A stretch of DNA of 64,000 nucleotides, taken from assembly GCF_001194135.2 (NCBI RefSeq), contig NC_068994.1:12141930-12205929 (forward strand), given 5' to 3'. Made by a program: the position numbers and the translations under genes. Numbering within the stretch: position 1 is the stretch's first letter; each line of letters starts with the position of its first letter. The DNA comes from Octopus bimaculoides (Eukaryota). The notes beneath the pieces were generated by a model that was given only the letters and a program-made list of their open reading frames with translations, made no database searches and was not told the origin of the DNA. This document shows positions 36,171 through 51,100 of this stretch, one piece after another.

Positions 36171-39100
36171 CATACATGTGTGTGTGTGTGAATGTGTGCA
36201 TGTTTGTAATTCCTTGTCTTGACATCACATGATTGTTGTAAATAAATTTTATTCATTTTCAATATTCTCAGAAAATATGTCTTACTATGGGGAAATATTA
36301 CCTTGCCTGGAAACAGATAAGGGTTCGCAACAGGAAGGGCATCTCAAGAAACTCTGTTCGATCTATGCAAGCATAGAGAAGTCGGCATTGAAACAATGAT
36401 ATATAATGTGTGTGTGTGTATATATAGATATATATATGTATTTTTTTTTTCCTTCAGATTCACCATCAGTAAGTGGACTTCATGACTATGACTACCCCAC
36501 GTTTTTAAATGGAAGGGTGGATATCGAAATTTTTGCTGATATTGGAGACATGAAGAAGGTACCACTCCCTCCGGAACTGGTTGAACATTTTGGTCGTATC
36601 CTTTTTTTGTTGAGAATTCCCAACTTTTGTCCTCTATCCATGGCTAATGCACTTACCTCCCACCTGTCCATAACTACCTCTCAGGCCATGAGTGAACATA
36701 GAAGCCTCTACCTGGTCACTGGTCTGCTAGAAATAGCAGCCAAACTTATATCACATTCTGTTGTTGTTGGCACTCCGTCGCTTACGACGTCGAGGGTTCC
36801 AGTTGATCCGATCAACGGAACAGCCTGCTCTTGAAATTAACGTGCAAGTAGCTGAGCACTCCACAGACACGTGTACCCTTAACGTAGTTCTCGGGGATAT
36901 TCAGCGTGACACAGTGTGACAAGGCTGACCCTTTGAATTACAGGCACAACAGAAACAGGAAGTAAGAATGAGAGAAAGTTGTGGTGAAAGAGCACAGCAG
37001 GGTTCGCCACCATCCCTTGCCGGAGCCTCGTGGAGCTAAGGTGTTTTCGCTCAATAAACACTCACTACGCCCGGTCTGGGAATTGAAACCGTGATCCTAT
37101 GACCGCGAGTCCGCTACCCGAACCACTGGGCCATTGCGTCTCCACATCACTTTCTACTACCTTAGAAAATGATGGACACATTGAATAATGTTACTGTGGG
37201 TACACTGCCTGCAGGAACATACAGGTATTCATGGTTGGATTGTCTTAATTTGTCTATTTATTTAGTGTTGACCTCATTTTTTTGCCACTGCTTTTGAGGA
37301 TTCCTGTGACTCTGTCACCATCCAATTCTATTATTATGGATTTGAATTGGAAGTTTGAGTCATAATGAATCTTTCATTAGCTGATTACACATCCATGGAT
37401 ACATTGCAGTTACTCTCTTGATAGTTTGGTGATCCTGACTGTTGATCTTCTAGGATTCTTCCTCTCAGCTTCAATGTAAGAAACACTGTTGGCTCAGTTG
37501 AGCTCCTCCACTACCTCTTCACAATCTGCCCTGCTGCAGTCCCGTGACCTTGCCAAAGGGTAGCCGGTAATTATGCAGGAGACGGTAGTCATTCCATGAG
37601 GTATTTTCAAAATACCTGCATATCTACCTGGGGCATCAATCATCATTGTTGTCCTTAAGCTCAAATAGCTTCTGGGTTTAATGTTTATCTGCTTATATTA
37701 CTGGTATGCTGTTGATATATTACATTTCCAATCATATACTGTGACCAGGTGAATAATTTTATCTTCCTTTAAAATTTCAACTTTCTCACCTGTAAAAACA
37801 ACTCCCTCATTTGCTTTGTTAATCCTTAAGTACCTATCAGACATGCAGTGCCAGTGTTCCATGGGGTTGTTTCCTGAAATTGAGAGGGCATGGCTTGCAA
37901 TTGACAGTGATATATATATCTGGAGATATGAAGATGGGTAAGTAACAGGTTTTAACCCTTGAGCATTTAAACTGGCCATATCCAGCCGGAATATTCTACC
38001 TGTTTTATGTTTAAACCAGCCAGATCTGGCCTCTCACGCCTACCCTTTAATGTCATTCTGAAAATACACAACCACATCAATATCTCAAAGTTACAAGATA
38101 ATTCATGATCAATTCAAAATAATGAATTGCATGGCTCAATGGTTAGAGCGTTTGGCTTGCAATCATAAGGTTAATAATTCGATTCGTGGACCAGGCTGTG
38201 TGTTGTATTCTTGAGCAAGACACTTATTTCATGTTACTCCAGTTCACTCAGCTGTAAAAAAGAGTCATGACATCACTGGTGTCAAGCTGTATCAGCCTTT
38301 GCCTTTTCCCTTGGATAACATCAGTGGCGCAGAGATGGGAGACTGGTATGCATGGGTGACTGCTGGTCTTCCATAAACAATCTTACCTGGATTTGTGCCT
38401 CAGAAGGGAACTCTTTTAGGGGGTCTTTACCTTTTACATTTGACAGAGTAATCTGAATGCTAAATGTTTAATCTTCTTTTGGTGGTTAATTCCTTCAACT
38501 ATAATACCTTACCTCCAAAATCTCTTATGTTTTGTGACCAATGTAAGAATCAACCCACCCCACCCCACCCTCTCACCATCCCCATACCTACTGATTATTT
38601 GTTATTGATGACTGCTAATGCAATCTCAATTCATGCAGGCAAGACGTTGCTTATTATGATGGAGTTGATGAAACAATCCTGTGTGCGGCTTTGGTGCCCC
38701 CAAAACCAGGTAAGTTGATGATGTTGTTTTTTCCACTTTACTTTCGTCACATACTGTTTCTTACACATTTTTCTGATGACATTTCTAATGAGATACACTG
38801 ATTACATCCTCCTACTCCTCCTCATCATTAATGTCCACTTTTCAATGCTTGCATGGGTTTGGCAAAAATTTGTAGTGAGACATGATAAAACTATTTTTTT
38901 TCACCGGTGTGCGAGTTAGTTGCAGATGCTAAGCAGGCGTTGTACGAATTCAAGCAACAACTCCACACAAAGCTAAAATGTGTCTTCAGATAAAAACATA
39001 ACAGATAGTTCAGTTGTGGCTAGTACATTGGATGGTCAACCACGTTTTGAAGCTCTTCATTCTGTCAGCTTCATCTAAAACCTGGAAAGTGATGTATTCG

Positions 39101-42100
39101 CTTTCCTTGTTATATTTACAGAATCGATAAGTTATCCCGGGCAACTTTGACTCTTCGTAACCAGTTCTTCACTTGACATTTCGGTTATTGTTGCAAAGAG
39201 TTTATTTATATCAATATATCTGGCTTGCGGAGTTTTGTCTTTTCAGCAGTACTAGCATCCATATTATGGAATCTATATTCATCTTTAAGGCATTTGAGCT
39301 TGTGTAAATATATAGTAACTGAATCCGAATCCATTTGTGTTTTTTACCATTTTCCCTTCAAATCGAGGATTAATATTTTTTAATTTTTGTACACAATAAA
39401 AATCCTTTTGCACGCAATTGTTCAGGCGCAGGAGTGGCTGTGTGGTAAGTAGCTTGCTTACCACCCACATGGTTCTGGGTTCAGTCCCACTGCGTGGCAC
39501 CTTGGGCAAGTGTCTTCTACTATAGCCTCGGGCCGACCAAAGATTGGTAAATGTTTCCGTTATTCATTGATAAGGTTTCGTCCTTGAGTTTTTCATTTAT
39601 TTGTTGTTACTTTTGAACTCAATGCTTCATGCTCTCTCATTACAGATGTGTTTCAGTCGAGTATTAAATATATTCTGGTTTTGGCTACAACAGTGGAAAT
39701 TGTCCTACTTGGAGTCCGCTTCACAGACTCTCCTCCAGGTGAGTATCTAGACATAAGAATTGTTTTTCCATTTTAATTTTTATTGTCTTTGTATGTGTGT
39801 GTGTGTGTGTCTCCCTCTTTCTATACACATATATATTTTTACTTGTTTTTGATTTGACCTCTATTACTCTGCTTATCTGATTTCTGAAAAGTTACCTAGC
39901 AAATTCAATATGCTTAAGCATATAATATATAATGTAAAGTTAGGAAGAATGAGATGAATATAGTTATTTCAACATTTGATATCCATAAGATTGCGATCGT
40001 TTCACAGCCAACATCATGGAAAAAACAATTTATTTTAGTGTAATTTAAATGATTTTTTTGTTGAAAAAATATATTTTTCTACTTGTACTACAATACATTT
40101 CAGCGCTTGAAAAACAAACTTAAGTTTGTTTACATATGATGTAATTTATCTAGCGTTTCTGGATGACTTTATAAGTTCTAAATTGCAGAAGAATTTGTCA
40201 TTAAGCAGTTTAGCTTAATGGTAGAGCACTTGACCGGAAATCAAAGGGATGTGAGTTTGATTCTCATCGCTGGTTGCTGACAGATTTTTCTGCTCTGTAA
40301 GGGATATTATCCCATGTATACTGTTCTATTAGTATTTACGCGTTGAAAAAAATATATCTTCCTACTTGTACTACAATACATTTCAGCACTTCAAAAACAA
40401 ACTTAGGTTTGTTTACATATGATGTATATGTTATAAATTACATGCTACTATTGTACATGTTACAGGTAATACAGGTATAGAAGGCTAACCCTTCAGGTCA
40501 TAGACTATCACGGTTACATCCATTCTTCAGATGTAAAATAAACATGTATGTGCAAGCATGCATGTGTATGTGTGTGTAATACAATAAATTATTTTCACAG
40601 ATTTATTTAGAAGAAAGTTTTACTGTCAAATTGGTTTGTGTTTTCTAGGTGCTTTGGAAAGTTTGAGTAACTGTGAAATGCATCTGATCACAGAGCCTCT
40701 CTTCAGCCTGCCATCAGACAATCTTTATGTTGTCAGCATAGTAGGTATGAATAATGGGCGTATTTTCATGGCCGGAAAAGACAGCTGCCTTTATGAATTG
40801 GCATATCAGGTAAACTGCTTTCATGTTTGTTAATTGCAATTGAATTTGCTTGAGTCTGTTGCTTCTTCTATGTTCTTCATGTGTGGGCTTTGTGACGGGA
40901 ACGAACAGCTTTTTATTGCATTGTATTTGTTTCTTTTAACATATAATGTGTGTGTCTGAGTACATTTATGTCTACTTGTTATGACTTCATGAGTTAATTG
41001 TAAACAAGCGCCACTGTCTTACAAGCAGTGTCCATTGTTTCCAGTCTTCCATAAAAACATGTCTGGCCATGGGGAAATGTCACCTTACTGCTTGGAAGCA
41101 GGTGAAGATTGGCAACAGGAAGGACATCTGGCTGTGTGTATATATATATATGTGTGTGTACGTGTATGTATGTTCAGGCATAGCTGTGTGGTTAAGAAAT
41201 TTGCTTCCTAACCATTTGGTTTCAGGTTCAGTCCCACGGCATGATACCTCAGGCAGGTGTGTATTACTATAGCCCTGGGCCAACCAAAGACTTGAGTGGA
41301 TTTGGTAGATGAAAACTTTGAAAGCCTCTTGTGTATATGTATGTGTATAGATTATATGTATATCTGTATGTTTGTGTCTCCTTGTCTTAACATCATATGA
41401 TTGTTGTAAATGAGCATCATTTTCAATATATTCCTTCTTCAGGGTCAAAAAGGTTGGTTTGGACGGCAGTGCAAGAAAATTAACCATTCAACCAGCTACC
41501 TGTCATACCTGGTACCCAGCTTTATCAATATATCTTTAACAGAAGAAGGTGAGCTCTTCTCCTTTTCTTTTTGTTTTGTTTGCTTTGTAATTCTTGCATA
41601 TTTTTATCTTTCTCCTTTATCTCTGTAAATTAGTTTTGCATAGGGCTGAACAGAGCCCTGTTAGTGGATTCAGTAGATGGAAGTTGGAAAAAGCCTGTCA
41701 TATATATATATTTGTGTGAAGGTGCATAGCTTACTGGCTTGGGTGTTGCACACACAATTGCAAGGTTATGGTTTGTTTCCCAGACTGGGTGATGCATTGT
41801 GTTCTTGAGCAAAACACTTCATTTCACTTTTTTCTTGTCCGTTCAGCAATGGACTGGCATTCCATTCAGGAAGAATGTCAGCTTGACTGCCTGTCTAGCC
41901 AGTGAGGTGGCATCATTTGAAGGCTACAACAATGCAAGGAAACACCTTGTGATCAATGGTATATAACAGGATCCGATAGTCTGGTTGATACAGTGATGTA
42001 TGCATGTAAGTACATATGTATGTATGCGTATGTGTGTATGTACATGTGTATATAAGTGTGTACGTATGTATATGTGGTGTTTGTGTGTACCCATGTCTGG

Positions 42101-45100
42101 ACATCACATGATGTTTGTTAATGAGCATGGTCATCATATAAGCAAGGTTGTTTTCAGTTTTCTGTGAAAAACGTGTATGTCTAGCTTGGAAACAGGTGGC
42201 AAGCAGGGTATCTGGCCATAGAAAGTCTGCCTCAACAAATTGTACCTGAAGAAATTGACATTAAATAATGATGATGAGGAGGAGGATGTAACCAACTTTT
42301 ACAAAGTATTTTATTCAATATTCAAATAATTGTGCTATTTTATATTTTTTGTTTTGCTTGTAACTTAACTTCTTTCTCTTTCTTTTTCCTAGATCCACTG
42401 CTGCAAATCTGTATCGACCAGTCTCGGAATATTCTTTACACACGCTCAGACAAAGGAACGATTCAGGTGAGAAAATTAAAACTATTGTGTTTTCTGTATA
42501 AAGTAAGATATAATATATTATACTGTAATATAATAGTATTTATAATGTAAACTGTAGTATATTGTAATATAATAATATAGTGGGATATTAGGAGTGGTTT
42601 TCTCAAGAAACTAATTGAATAACAAAAGGTTTATTTCTGAAGAAAAGTAAACATAAGCAATGAGCTGAAATTTGATAAAAGAATGAATAAACTATGTTTG
42701 TGTCTTATGTACTGGGAGAGTATATATATGAATGGTACACTAAATAAACAGATTGTATTGTGAACAGTTTTTCTGACAAGAAATATATTCAGCTGAGAAG
42801 CTGAAATTTGAACAACAAACCACAAATAGACAATGCAGGCATATAAGTGGCTGGAAGAGCATGTATAAATGGTTTGTTAACATCCAAATTTCAGGTCTTG
42901 TGCCTTTAGTAGAAAGGATTAATATAGATGAAAATTTGCATGCTACATGAAATGTATTCATGGATGTTAACAAACCATTTGTACATGCTCTTGACAAGTG
43001 TCTTCTACTATAACCCCGGGCCAACCAAACCCTTGTGAGTGGATTTGGTTGATAGAAACTGAAAGGGCGGCAGAAATGTTAGCCGGGCGAAATGCTGATC
43101 GGTATTTCGTCTGCCGCTACGTTCTGAGTTCAAATTCCGCCGAGGTCGACTTTGCCTTTGATCCTTTCGGGGTCGATTAAATAAGTACCAGTTATGCACT
43201 GGGGGCGATATAATCGACTTAATCCGTTTGTCTGTCCTTGTTTGTCCCCTCTGTGTGTTGCCCCTTGGGGGCAGTAAAGAAATAACAAACTGAATTGAAG
43301 CCTGTCAGGTGTATGCATGTGTATACCCTTGTCTTGACGTCACATGATGGTTGTAAACGAACACCACTGTCATGCAAGAGATGTTTACAGTCTTCTTTGG
43401 TAAACTTCTGGCTGCAGGAAATATTACCTTGTCTGGAAACAGGGAAGGGTTGGTAACAGGAAGGGCATCCTGCTGTAGAAAATCTGCCTCGATAAACTTG
43501 TCTGACTCATGCAAGCATGGAAAAGTGGATGTCAAAATTATGATGACAATAGGAGAGTATTGTAGTTCGCTTGAAGCATTGTGTATTGTTTGTAAAGAAT
43601 AAAAAGTTTTGAATGGTACAACAAAGCACTATAGAACAAACAATGGGCTATACACCTGTTGTAATTTAGTTATCTATAGTCCGTTGTGATGACGATGTTA
43701 TTTATAATGTTAGGCTCTTCATATCTCTTGAGTCTCTTAATCAGTCAATGCTTAATTTTATGCGTGTAATAAAAGTACTCATTTGTAACTATGTATATCT
43801 GCATGTCCTCATATTTTTCTTATTCCAGGTTTTTGACTTGGGTGAAGATGGCAACGGGATGAGCCGCGTGGTAACTGTACCATTATCTACCATCATACAA
43901 GCTGCCAGTCATATAGCCGGGTAAGATGGCCAAACTTCCAGCTCCTCTCAATCTCTGACTCCTTCTCTGATGTTTGGTCTCTGTTTTGCTTGTTATCTGT
44001 CATAGCTTCCCTTCCCTCCTCCCTCTCCTGATTATGTTAATGTCCCTCACCTGTCTTAGATGATGATGATGATGATGTTGGGATGCGCAATGGCCCAGTG
44101 GTTAGGGCAGCGGACTTGCTGTCATAGGATCGCGGTTTCGATTCCCAGACCGGGCGTTGAGAGTGTTTATTGAGTGAAAACACCTAAAAGCTCCACGAGG
44201 CTCCGGCAGGGGATGGTGGCGAACCCTGCTGTACTCTTTCACCACAACTTTCTCTCACTCTTACTTCCTGTTTCTGTTGTGCCTGTAATTCAAAGGGTCA
44301 GCCTTGTCACACTGTGTCACGCTGAATATCTCCGAGAACTACGTTAAGGGTACCCGTGTCTGTGGAGTACTCAGCCACTTGCACGTTAATTTCACGAGCA
44401 GGCTGTTCCGTTGATCGGATCAACTGGAACCCTCGACATCCCAAGCGACGGAGTGCCAACAATGATGATGTTGGTTAGCCTTAGTTTGGTCTGATAATGC
44501 AGCTCTTTTAACTCAGTTTGCAACACCGATTGCTCACATAGCTTAATGTATACATCTTTGCTATATAATAAACATACATCTTTGGTCTTGTCATCTTGGT
44601 CAGTTATATGCTATGAGAAGTGGGTAACTGACCTGATGAGTCTTAAGGCTCAAGACAGACCTGCTCCTTCAGTCGTAGGTTCTGTCTCTCATTTTCCCTC
44701 ACGAGTTTATATAATAAAAATAACAACAATGAATTCTAGCGTATAGTGCTCAGGTGCATTACAACTCATCAAGGGTTCATGTCCAGTACATAGAATTATG
44801 TACAAAAGTCAGGAAAGTGAACAGTGTATGGAGTCATGATAAACGTGTGCATGCATACGGAAGGTGGGGCGATATCAGGTGTAGTGTTGAGGTTTTAAAG
44901 GTTGCAATGTCTCTGCAACTAACAACTGATGCAGGTAGTTTGTTCCATGCTTCAGCAACTCTGAGTGTGAAAAAATGTTTCCGAAAGTCATGGGAGCTGT
45001 GCTGTTTTCTGACTTTGTAAGCATGCTCACGTGTGTTAGACGCATGGAGCTGCAAAGGTCTTGGGCACTGCGTTCCCTTTCTTGCTAAACCATAAGTTGT

Positions 45101-48100
45101 TTGAAAAATAGTATTTAACTGTTGTAAAAATAGTTTGGCCAACCTTAATATTGCTGATATTTTTGGTGGATGTCTTGACTCTAGATCTTATTTGTGTTTT
45201 AAAACTTGCTCTATATGATTATTTTCTTTCCAGGACGATCGATCCCTCTTTATTTAAAACCATCATTCACATTGCACCACTGACAGCCTCGGAATCACCA
45301 AATTTTCATCTTGTCGCCATTACACAAGCAGGTCAGTATTCCTCAAATATGTAAATACAAATTTCAGCCAATAAATATAATTAAAATTTAATTCTTTAAA
45401 AATTGCAAAATTAAATTTCATGGTTACTCTAGTAATGATGTTAAATATCTATAAAAAAAAAACAAAAAAAAACAAACAAACTAGAATTGGTATTTTCTGC
45501 AGGCCACATTGCCTCAATAAACTCGACATATCTGAACATAAAACTGGTTTCCTCAACAAAAGATACATTAGTATATAAAACTTCTTCCTGTATTTAAGGG
45601 TAATAAAATTTTGAGTGAATATATCTAATTTCTACAGTAAAAGGGTTAAATTTTTCTTTTTATTTGTAGTTTTGCAGATGCAATCTTTTATCTTTTACTT
45701 GTCTCAGTCATTGGACTGCGGTCATGCTGGGGCACTACCTTGAAGGCTTTTTGTCAAATAAATCAACCTCAGTATTTATTTTAAGTCTGGTACTTGTTCC
45801 ATACATTTAATTTTTTGCTGAACTGCTAAGTCACAGTCAACTACTACTGTATAATCTCTCTCTCTTTCTCTCAATCAACAATGTTGAACTGAGAGGGCTG
45901 TAAGGGGTATCACTCACAGTAACCCTTGCTTCCAAGAAATATAAGGGGGTTGAGGGGCCAACAACTTTTTATTAACCATGCTTCAGAAATAGTCCAAAGA
46001 AACCAGAGGTGTTGAGTGTGGATGGACCTGCATAAGTCACAGAACAATTTAACCTTTTTGTCACCATATTTCACTGCCTTTCTTTCAATTAATTTTATAA
46101 ATAGCTAATGAAGAATTTAGTTAATTATCTTTGTTGTTATTAAGCTGGTTTTGGAATATTAATTAACATAAAACTTTGTTAGTTTTTTAATTTAGATCAC
46201 TTTAAACATGAAATTTGTATCATATAACCAAGAGTAGTCTCAGATGGGTTGGTACCAAAAGAGTTACAAAAAACATGCTATATTTACAACTAGCTTAGAA
46301 GCTGCACTCCGTGTAGACTTTTAAGCTAGCTACTGCAGAGGGCTAATTGAGCCAGCAGCCCAAAACTAAACTCTTTTATACTCTTTTCCTCTTTTACTTG
46401 TTTCAGTCTTTTGACTGTGGCCATGCAGGAGCACCGCCTTTAGTCGAGCAAATCAACCCCAGAACTTATACTTTGGAAGCCTAGTACTTATTCTATCGGT
46501 CTCTTTTGCCGAACTGCTAGGTTACGGGGACGTAAACACACCAGCATCGGTTGTCAAGCGATGTTGGGGGGACAAACACAGACACACAAATATATATATA
46601 TATATATATATATACAACAGACTTCCTTCAGTTTCCGTCTACCAAATCCACTCACAAGGCTTTGGTCGGCCCGAGGCTATAGTAGAAGACACTTGCCCAA
46701 GGTGCCACGCAGTGGGACTGAGAGCAATAATAATAAAATATTTATTGTTACCCCACCAATATTGGTAATACTTTAAATTCAGTTTAAATGAAAAACTTGT
46801 AAATTCACAAATTTTTGCAGTTGTTTTAAAATTTGAATTTTCAACTGTTAGCATATAACAAATCCTCATCTAGACCTCGTCCCAATGCTGGATTTTCAAG
46901 AACCAAATGAAGCGCAGATTTTCAATCCTGGGATCATCCTGATTCCAAAATGGTATAATATGTCTATGTAGATCTAATGTAGACTGAGATAGAGGGATCC
47001 CGGATGGATGGACAGACAGAATTATTTCCAATAATGAAAGGTTTCTTGACCATTAAATTAGGTAGTTTGTTTTCCTGCCTTTTTACCATGTTTGTTTTTA
47101 ATATTTTCAATGAGATTTCTCAGGAATGTTCCATTCAATGCTGTGGTTGTATCTAATTGTCAGGTGTTCGGTTATACTTTGCTGCAAAACCATTTGGTGC
47201 TGTGCAACAGATATCTCGCAAATATCCATCAATGTTAAAGTTGGTTCATGTTCGCTTACCTCCTGGTTATTCTGCCAACCCTGCTCACGGTCGTCCAAGC
47301 AACGTTAGACTTGCCCATTATAAAAAAGGTTTGTGTGCATTTTATTTACTCTTTGCTCTTCTACTTGTATATATATTGGAAGGTTTGGAGGTGATGTACA
47401 TGAATTATATATTAGAAAAATAATAATCAGGTACTCAGATGTCTGGATGGTTGTGCATTTACAGATTTTTATTCATATGTCACATGTGACATATGAATAA
47501 AAATCTGTAAATATACAACCATCCAGATATCTGAGTACCTGATTATTATTTTTTCTAATATATATATATATATGTATATATATGTTTGTATGTATGTATG
47601 TATGAGTATATATATTCGTAAAAAGCACCATTCAAGCACAGTCGATGCCAGTGCCGCCTGACTGGCTTCTCTGCTGGTTGGCTTGTAAAAAGCACCATTT
47701 GAGCATGGTTGATGCCAGTGCCACCTGACTGGCTCCCATGCTAGTAGCACGTAACAAGCACCCACTACACTCTCGGAGTGGTTGGCATTAGGAAGGACAT
47801 CCAGCTGTAGAAACCTTGCCCAATTAGATTGGAGCCTGGTGCAACCTCCTAGTTTGCCAGTCTTCAGTCAAACCATCCAACCCATGCCAGCATGGAAAAC
47901 AGACGTTAAATGATGATGATGATATATATATATATACATATACTTTTTCTTTTGTATTTAGGAACCCTTCTGATGATTCAGTCGCGCTCTGAAGAAAACG
48001 ACTTGCTCTGGACAATCAGCAGTGATTGCTTACCTTTCAATAATGTACTTAAAGAAATCAAGGTATGTTTGCTGAGATCCCTACCCCTCCCTTGGAACTT

Positions 48101-51100
48101 TTTCTTTTCTTTCTTTGTGTCAACCTTGCTGTGTGCACCTCGAGTTCAGAATAGCTACTGTATGCCTGTCTGCTGTAAGAGGCAACTAAAAAGGTTGGTG
48201 ACTGGAAAAGTATCCAGCTGTAAAGCCCTGCCTTGAAAAAAAAACCTGTCCAACCCATGCCAGCGTGATAAAACAGGTCTAAAATGATGAGGTTTTTTTT
48301 GTATTATTCCAGGCACAGGTGTTGTGTGGTGAGAAGCTTGCTATGACTAATTGTATTAATGAATTTGATTTGTATTGCATAACTGATTTTGTAAATGATT
48401 TGTATTGAAACAATGTTTTCAAGGGGTTGCCAGTCAGTGGGCGCTGGCGCCCCTCTCATTTTTCATCTGTGTCATCCTACCATATTTTCATTAATGTCTT
48501 TGTCTNNNNNNNNNNNNNNNNNNNNNNNNNNNNNNNNNNNNNNNNNNNNNNNNNNNNNNNNNNNNNNNNNNNNNNNNNNNNNNNNNNNNNNNNNNNNNNN
48601 NNNNNNNNNNNNNNNNNNNNNNNNNNNNNNNNNNNNNNNNNNNNNNNNNNNNNNNNNNNNNNNNNNNNNNNNNNNNNNNNNNNNNNNNNNNNNNNNNNNN
48701 NNNNNNNNNNNNNNNNNNNNNNNNNNNNNNNNNNNNNNNNNNNNNNNNNNNNNNNNNNNNNNNNNNNNNNNNNNNNNNNNNNNNNNNNNNNNNNNNNNNN
48801 NNNNNNNNNNNNNNNNNNNNNNNNNNNNNNNNNNNNNNNNNNNNNNNNNNNNNNNNNNNNNNNNAAAAAAAGTATGCAGAGTGAAGCCACCTGGCACAGA
48901 TTGATCTTGAACTCTGTTATGAATGCACACTGAGTTCTGTTCTCTCTCACTTCCATTCTTTAAAGCAGTGACTGGAAATAAAGTGTGTATAGGCGTAGGA
49001 GTGGCTGTGTGGTAAGTAGCTTGCTTACCAACCACATGGTTCCGGGTTCAGTCCCACTGCGTGGCACCTTGGGCAAGTGTCTTCTACTATAGCCTCGGGC
49101 TGACCAAACCCTTGTGAGTGGATTTGGTAGACAGAAACTGAAAGAAGCCTGTCGTATATATGTATGTGTTTGTCTATGTTTGTTTGTCTGTCTTTGTCCC
49201 CCCAACATCACTTGACAACCGATGGTGGTGTGTTTACGTTACCGTAACTTAGCGGTTCGGCAAAAGAGACCGATAGAATAAGTACTAGGCATCCAAAGAA
49301 TAAGTCCTGGGGTCGTTTAGCTCGACTAAAGGCGGTGCTCCAGCATGGCCGCAGTCAAATGACTGAAACAAGTAAAAGAGTAAAAGAGAGTTTTGTCATC
49401 TTAAAGAGAAGATTGATTTTCTGCTGCACTGAATCTTAATTGTGTCAAGGAAGAAGACACTTCTTGAAAATCGGCATAGAGGAGCTCCCAGAGGCAGCCT
49501 GTCTTGAATTCTTTTGTTATTGCCTGGAGGACTATGATGAATAAGAGAGGGCTGAGGACTGATCCTTGGTGAACCCCCTACTTCTACCCGGAATTCTTCA
49601 CTGTACTTGTTACCTTACTGACAGCATCTCTGTACAGGGCTTGTGCAGCTCTCACCAACCACTCCTCTATCCTTAGTTTCTGCATTGACCACCAGATAAG
49701 GGATCGGGGGACCCGAAGAGAATGAAGAATTTGAACATTCAAACATAACGTTTGAATGTTCCAATTCTTCCTTCTCCTCGTTCTTCTTCTTATAAATATT
49801 NNNNNNNNNNNNNNNNNNNNNNNNNNNNNNNNNNNNNNNNNNNNNNNNNNNNNNNNNNNNNNNNNNNNNNNNNNNNNNNNNNNNNNNNNNNNNNNNNNNN
49901 NNNNNNNNNNNNNNNNNNNNNNNNNNNNNNNNNNNNNNNNNNNNNNNNNNNNNNNNNNNNNNNNNNNNNNNNNNNNNNNNNNNNNNNNNNNNNNNNNNAT
50001 ATACACACATATCCACATCTTATTGTTTTTACTGAAAAAATATTCTTTTACATGTTATTATTTATAAGCTTTATGTGTTTCAAAATCCACTGTTCTAAAG
50101 AAAGAATTATTTCATGTTATCTTGAAAGGTTATAAATTCTTATGATGTCAAGTAATAATTAATATTTTAATCTTTCTATATTGTCTAAAAAATTTTTTAC
50201 CCATTTTTCTATTTCATAGAGCTATGTTCCTCTTGAAGGTCGAACATGGAGCATGTGCGAGGTCCCAGCTATCCAGACAGATATTACCCCTGAATTTAAA
50301 CAGCGGCCAGACCCACCAGTTGTAGTCACACAACACAATGAGAAACCAAGGAAGTTTGTTTTTATCAATGCCCAGGTCTGTTTTAATTTTTTTTCTCTTT
50401 TATTTCTTCTGTCAGTTTTTTTAACAACTTCACCCTAATCCCCAATTCATTTTTTCCTGCACCCTGACCATTAATCCTCACTTCTACTATCAGTCTCTCC
50501 CTTCTTACACTCAAGTTACCCAACCACCTCTGCTCTTCACCATAACTACTAATCTTTCCCCCTCTCTACCCTAATTACCACACCATCTCTGTATAGTGTA
50601 TGAGACATTTTGGCATTGCTGTTTTTGGTGTCATTGGTTTGACTCTGACTTATTTGGACATTAAACATTTTATTGTTTCTCTCAGTCTCTCCTTCCCTCC
50701 TCTCTCTCTCTCTCCCTCTGTATGTATATAAGCATATTTCTCTTGAGAGAAAGGATTTATGTCAGTCATAATCGAAATCGAACAAAATTCGACGACTGGC
50801 ATCATGAATGTATCAGAAGCAAGTTAGCTTAGTACAGATTCCTCTCCAGGAGTTTTCTGGGTACTTTTTGTGTGGCACCAGCACCAGTGAGGTCACCAAG
50901 TAACTTGTAAGGCAAGACATCTGAACTGAGGTGGGAGTAGTATTGAAAGCGGTGGCTTTATGCCAAGTGATGACAGGTTAGAGTATGATTAAGGGATAAA
51001 AACAGGTGTCTGGCAGTAGAGGAGATACATGGTGTAGAACGTAATTATATTATCTTCTCTATTGTTTGTATGTAATCTTCACAAGACTCTGTTTTCAAAT

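Noticed and set aside
36406-36834. 142-aa ORF as a standalone gene
   Set aside because: Only 36458-36595 is NUP155 exon 2; the rest is intron and SINE read-through
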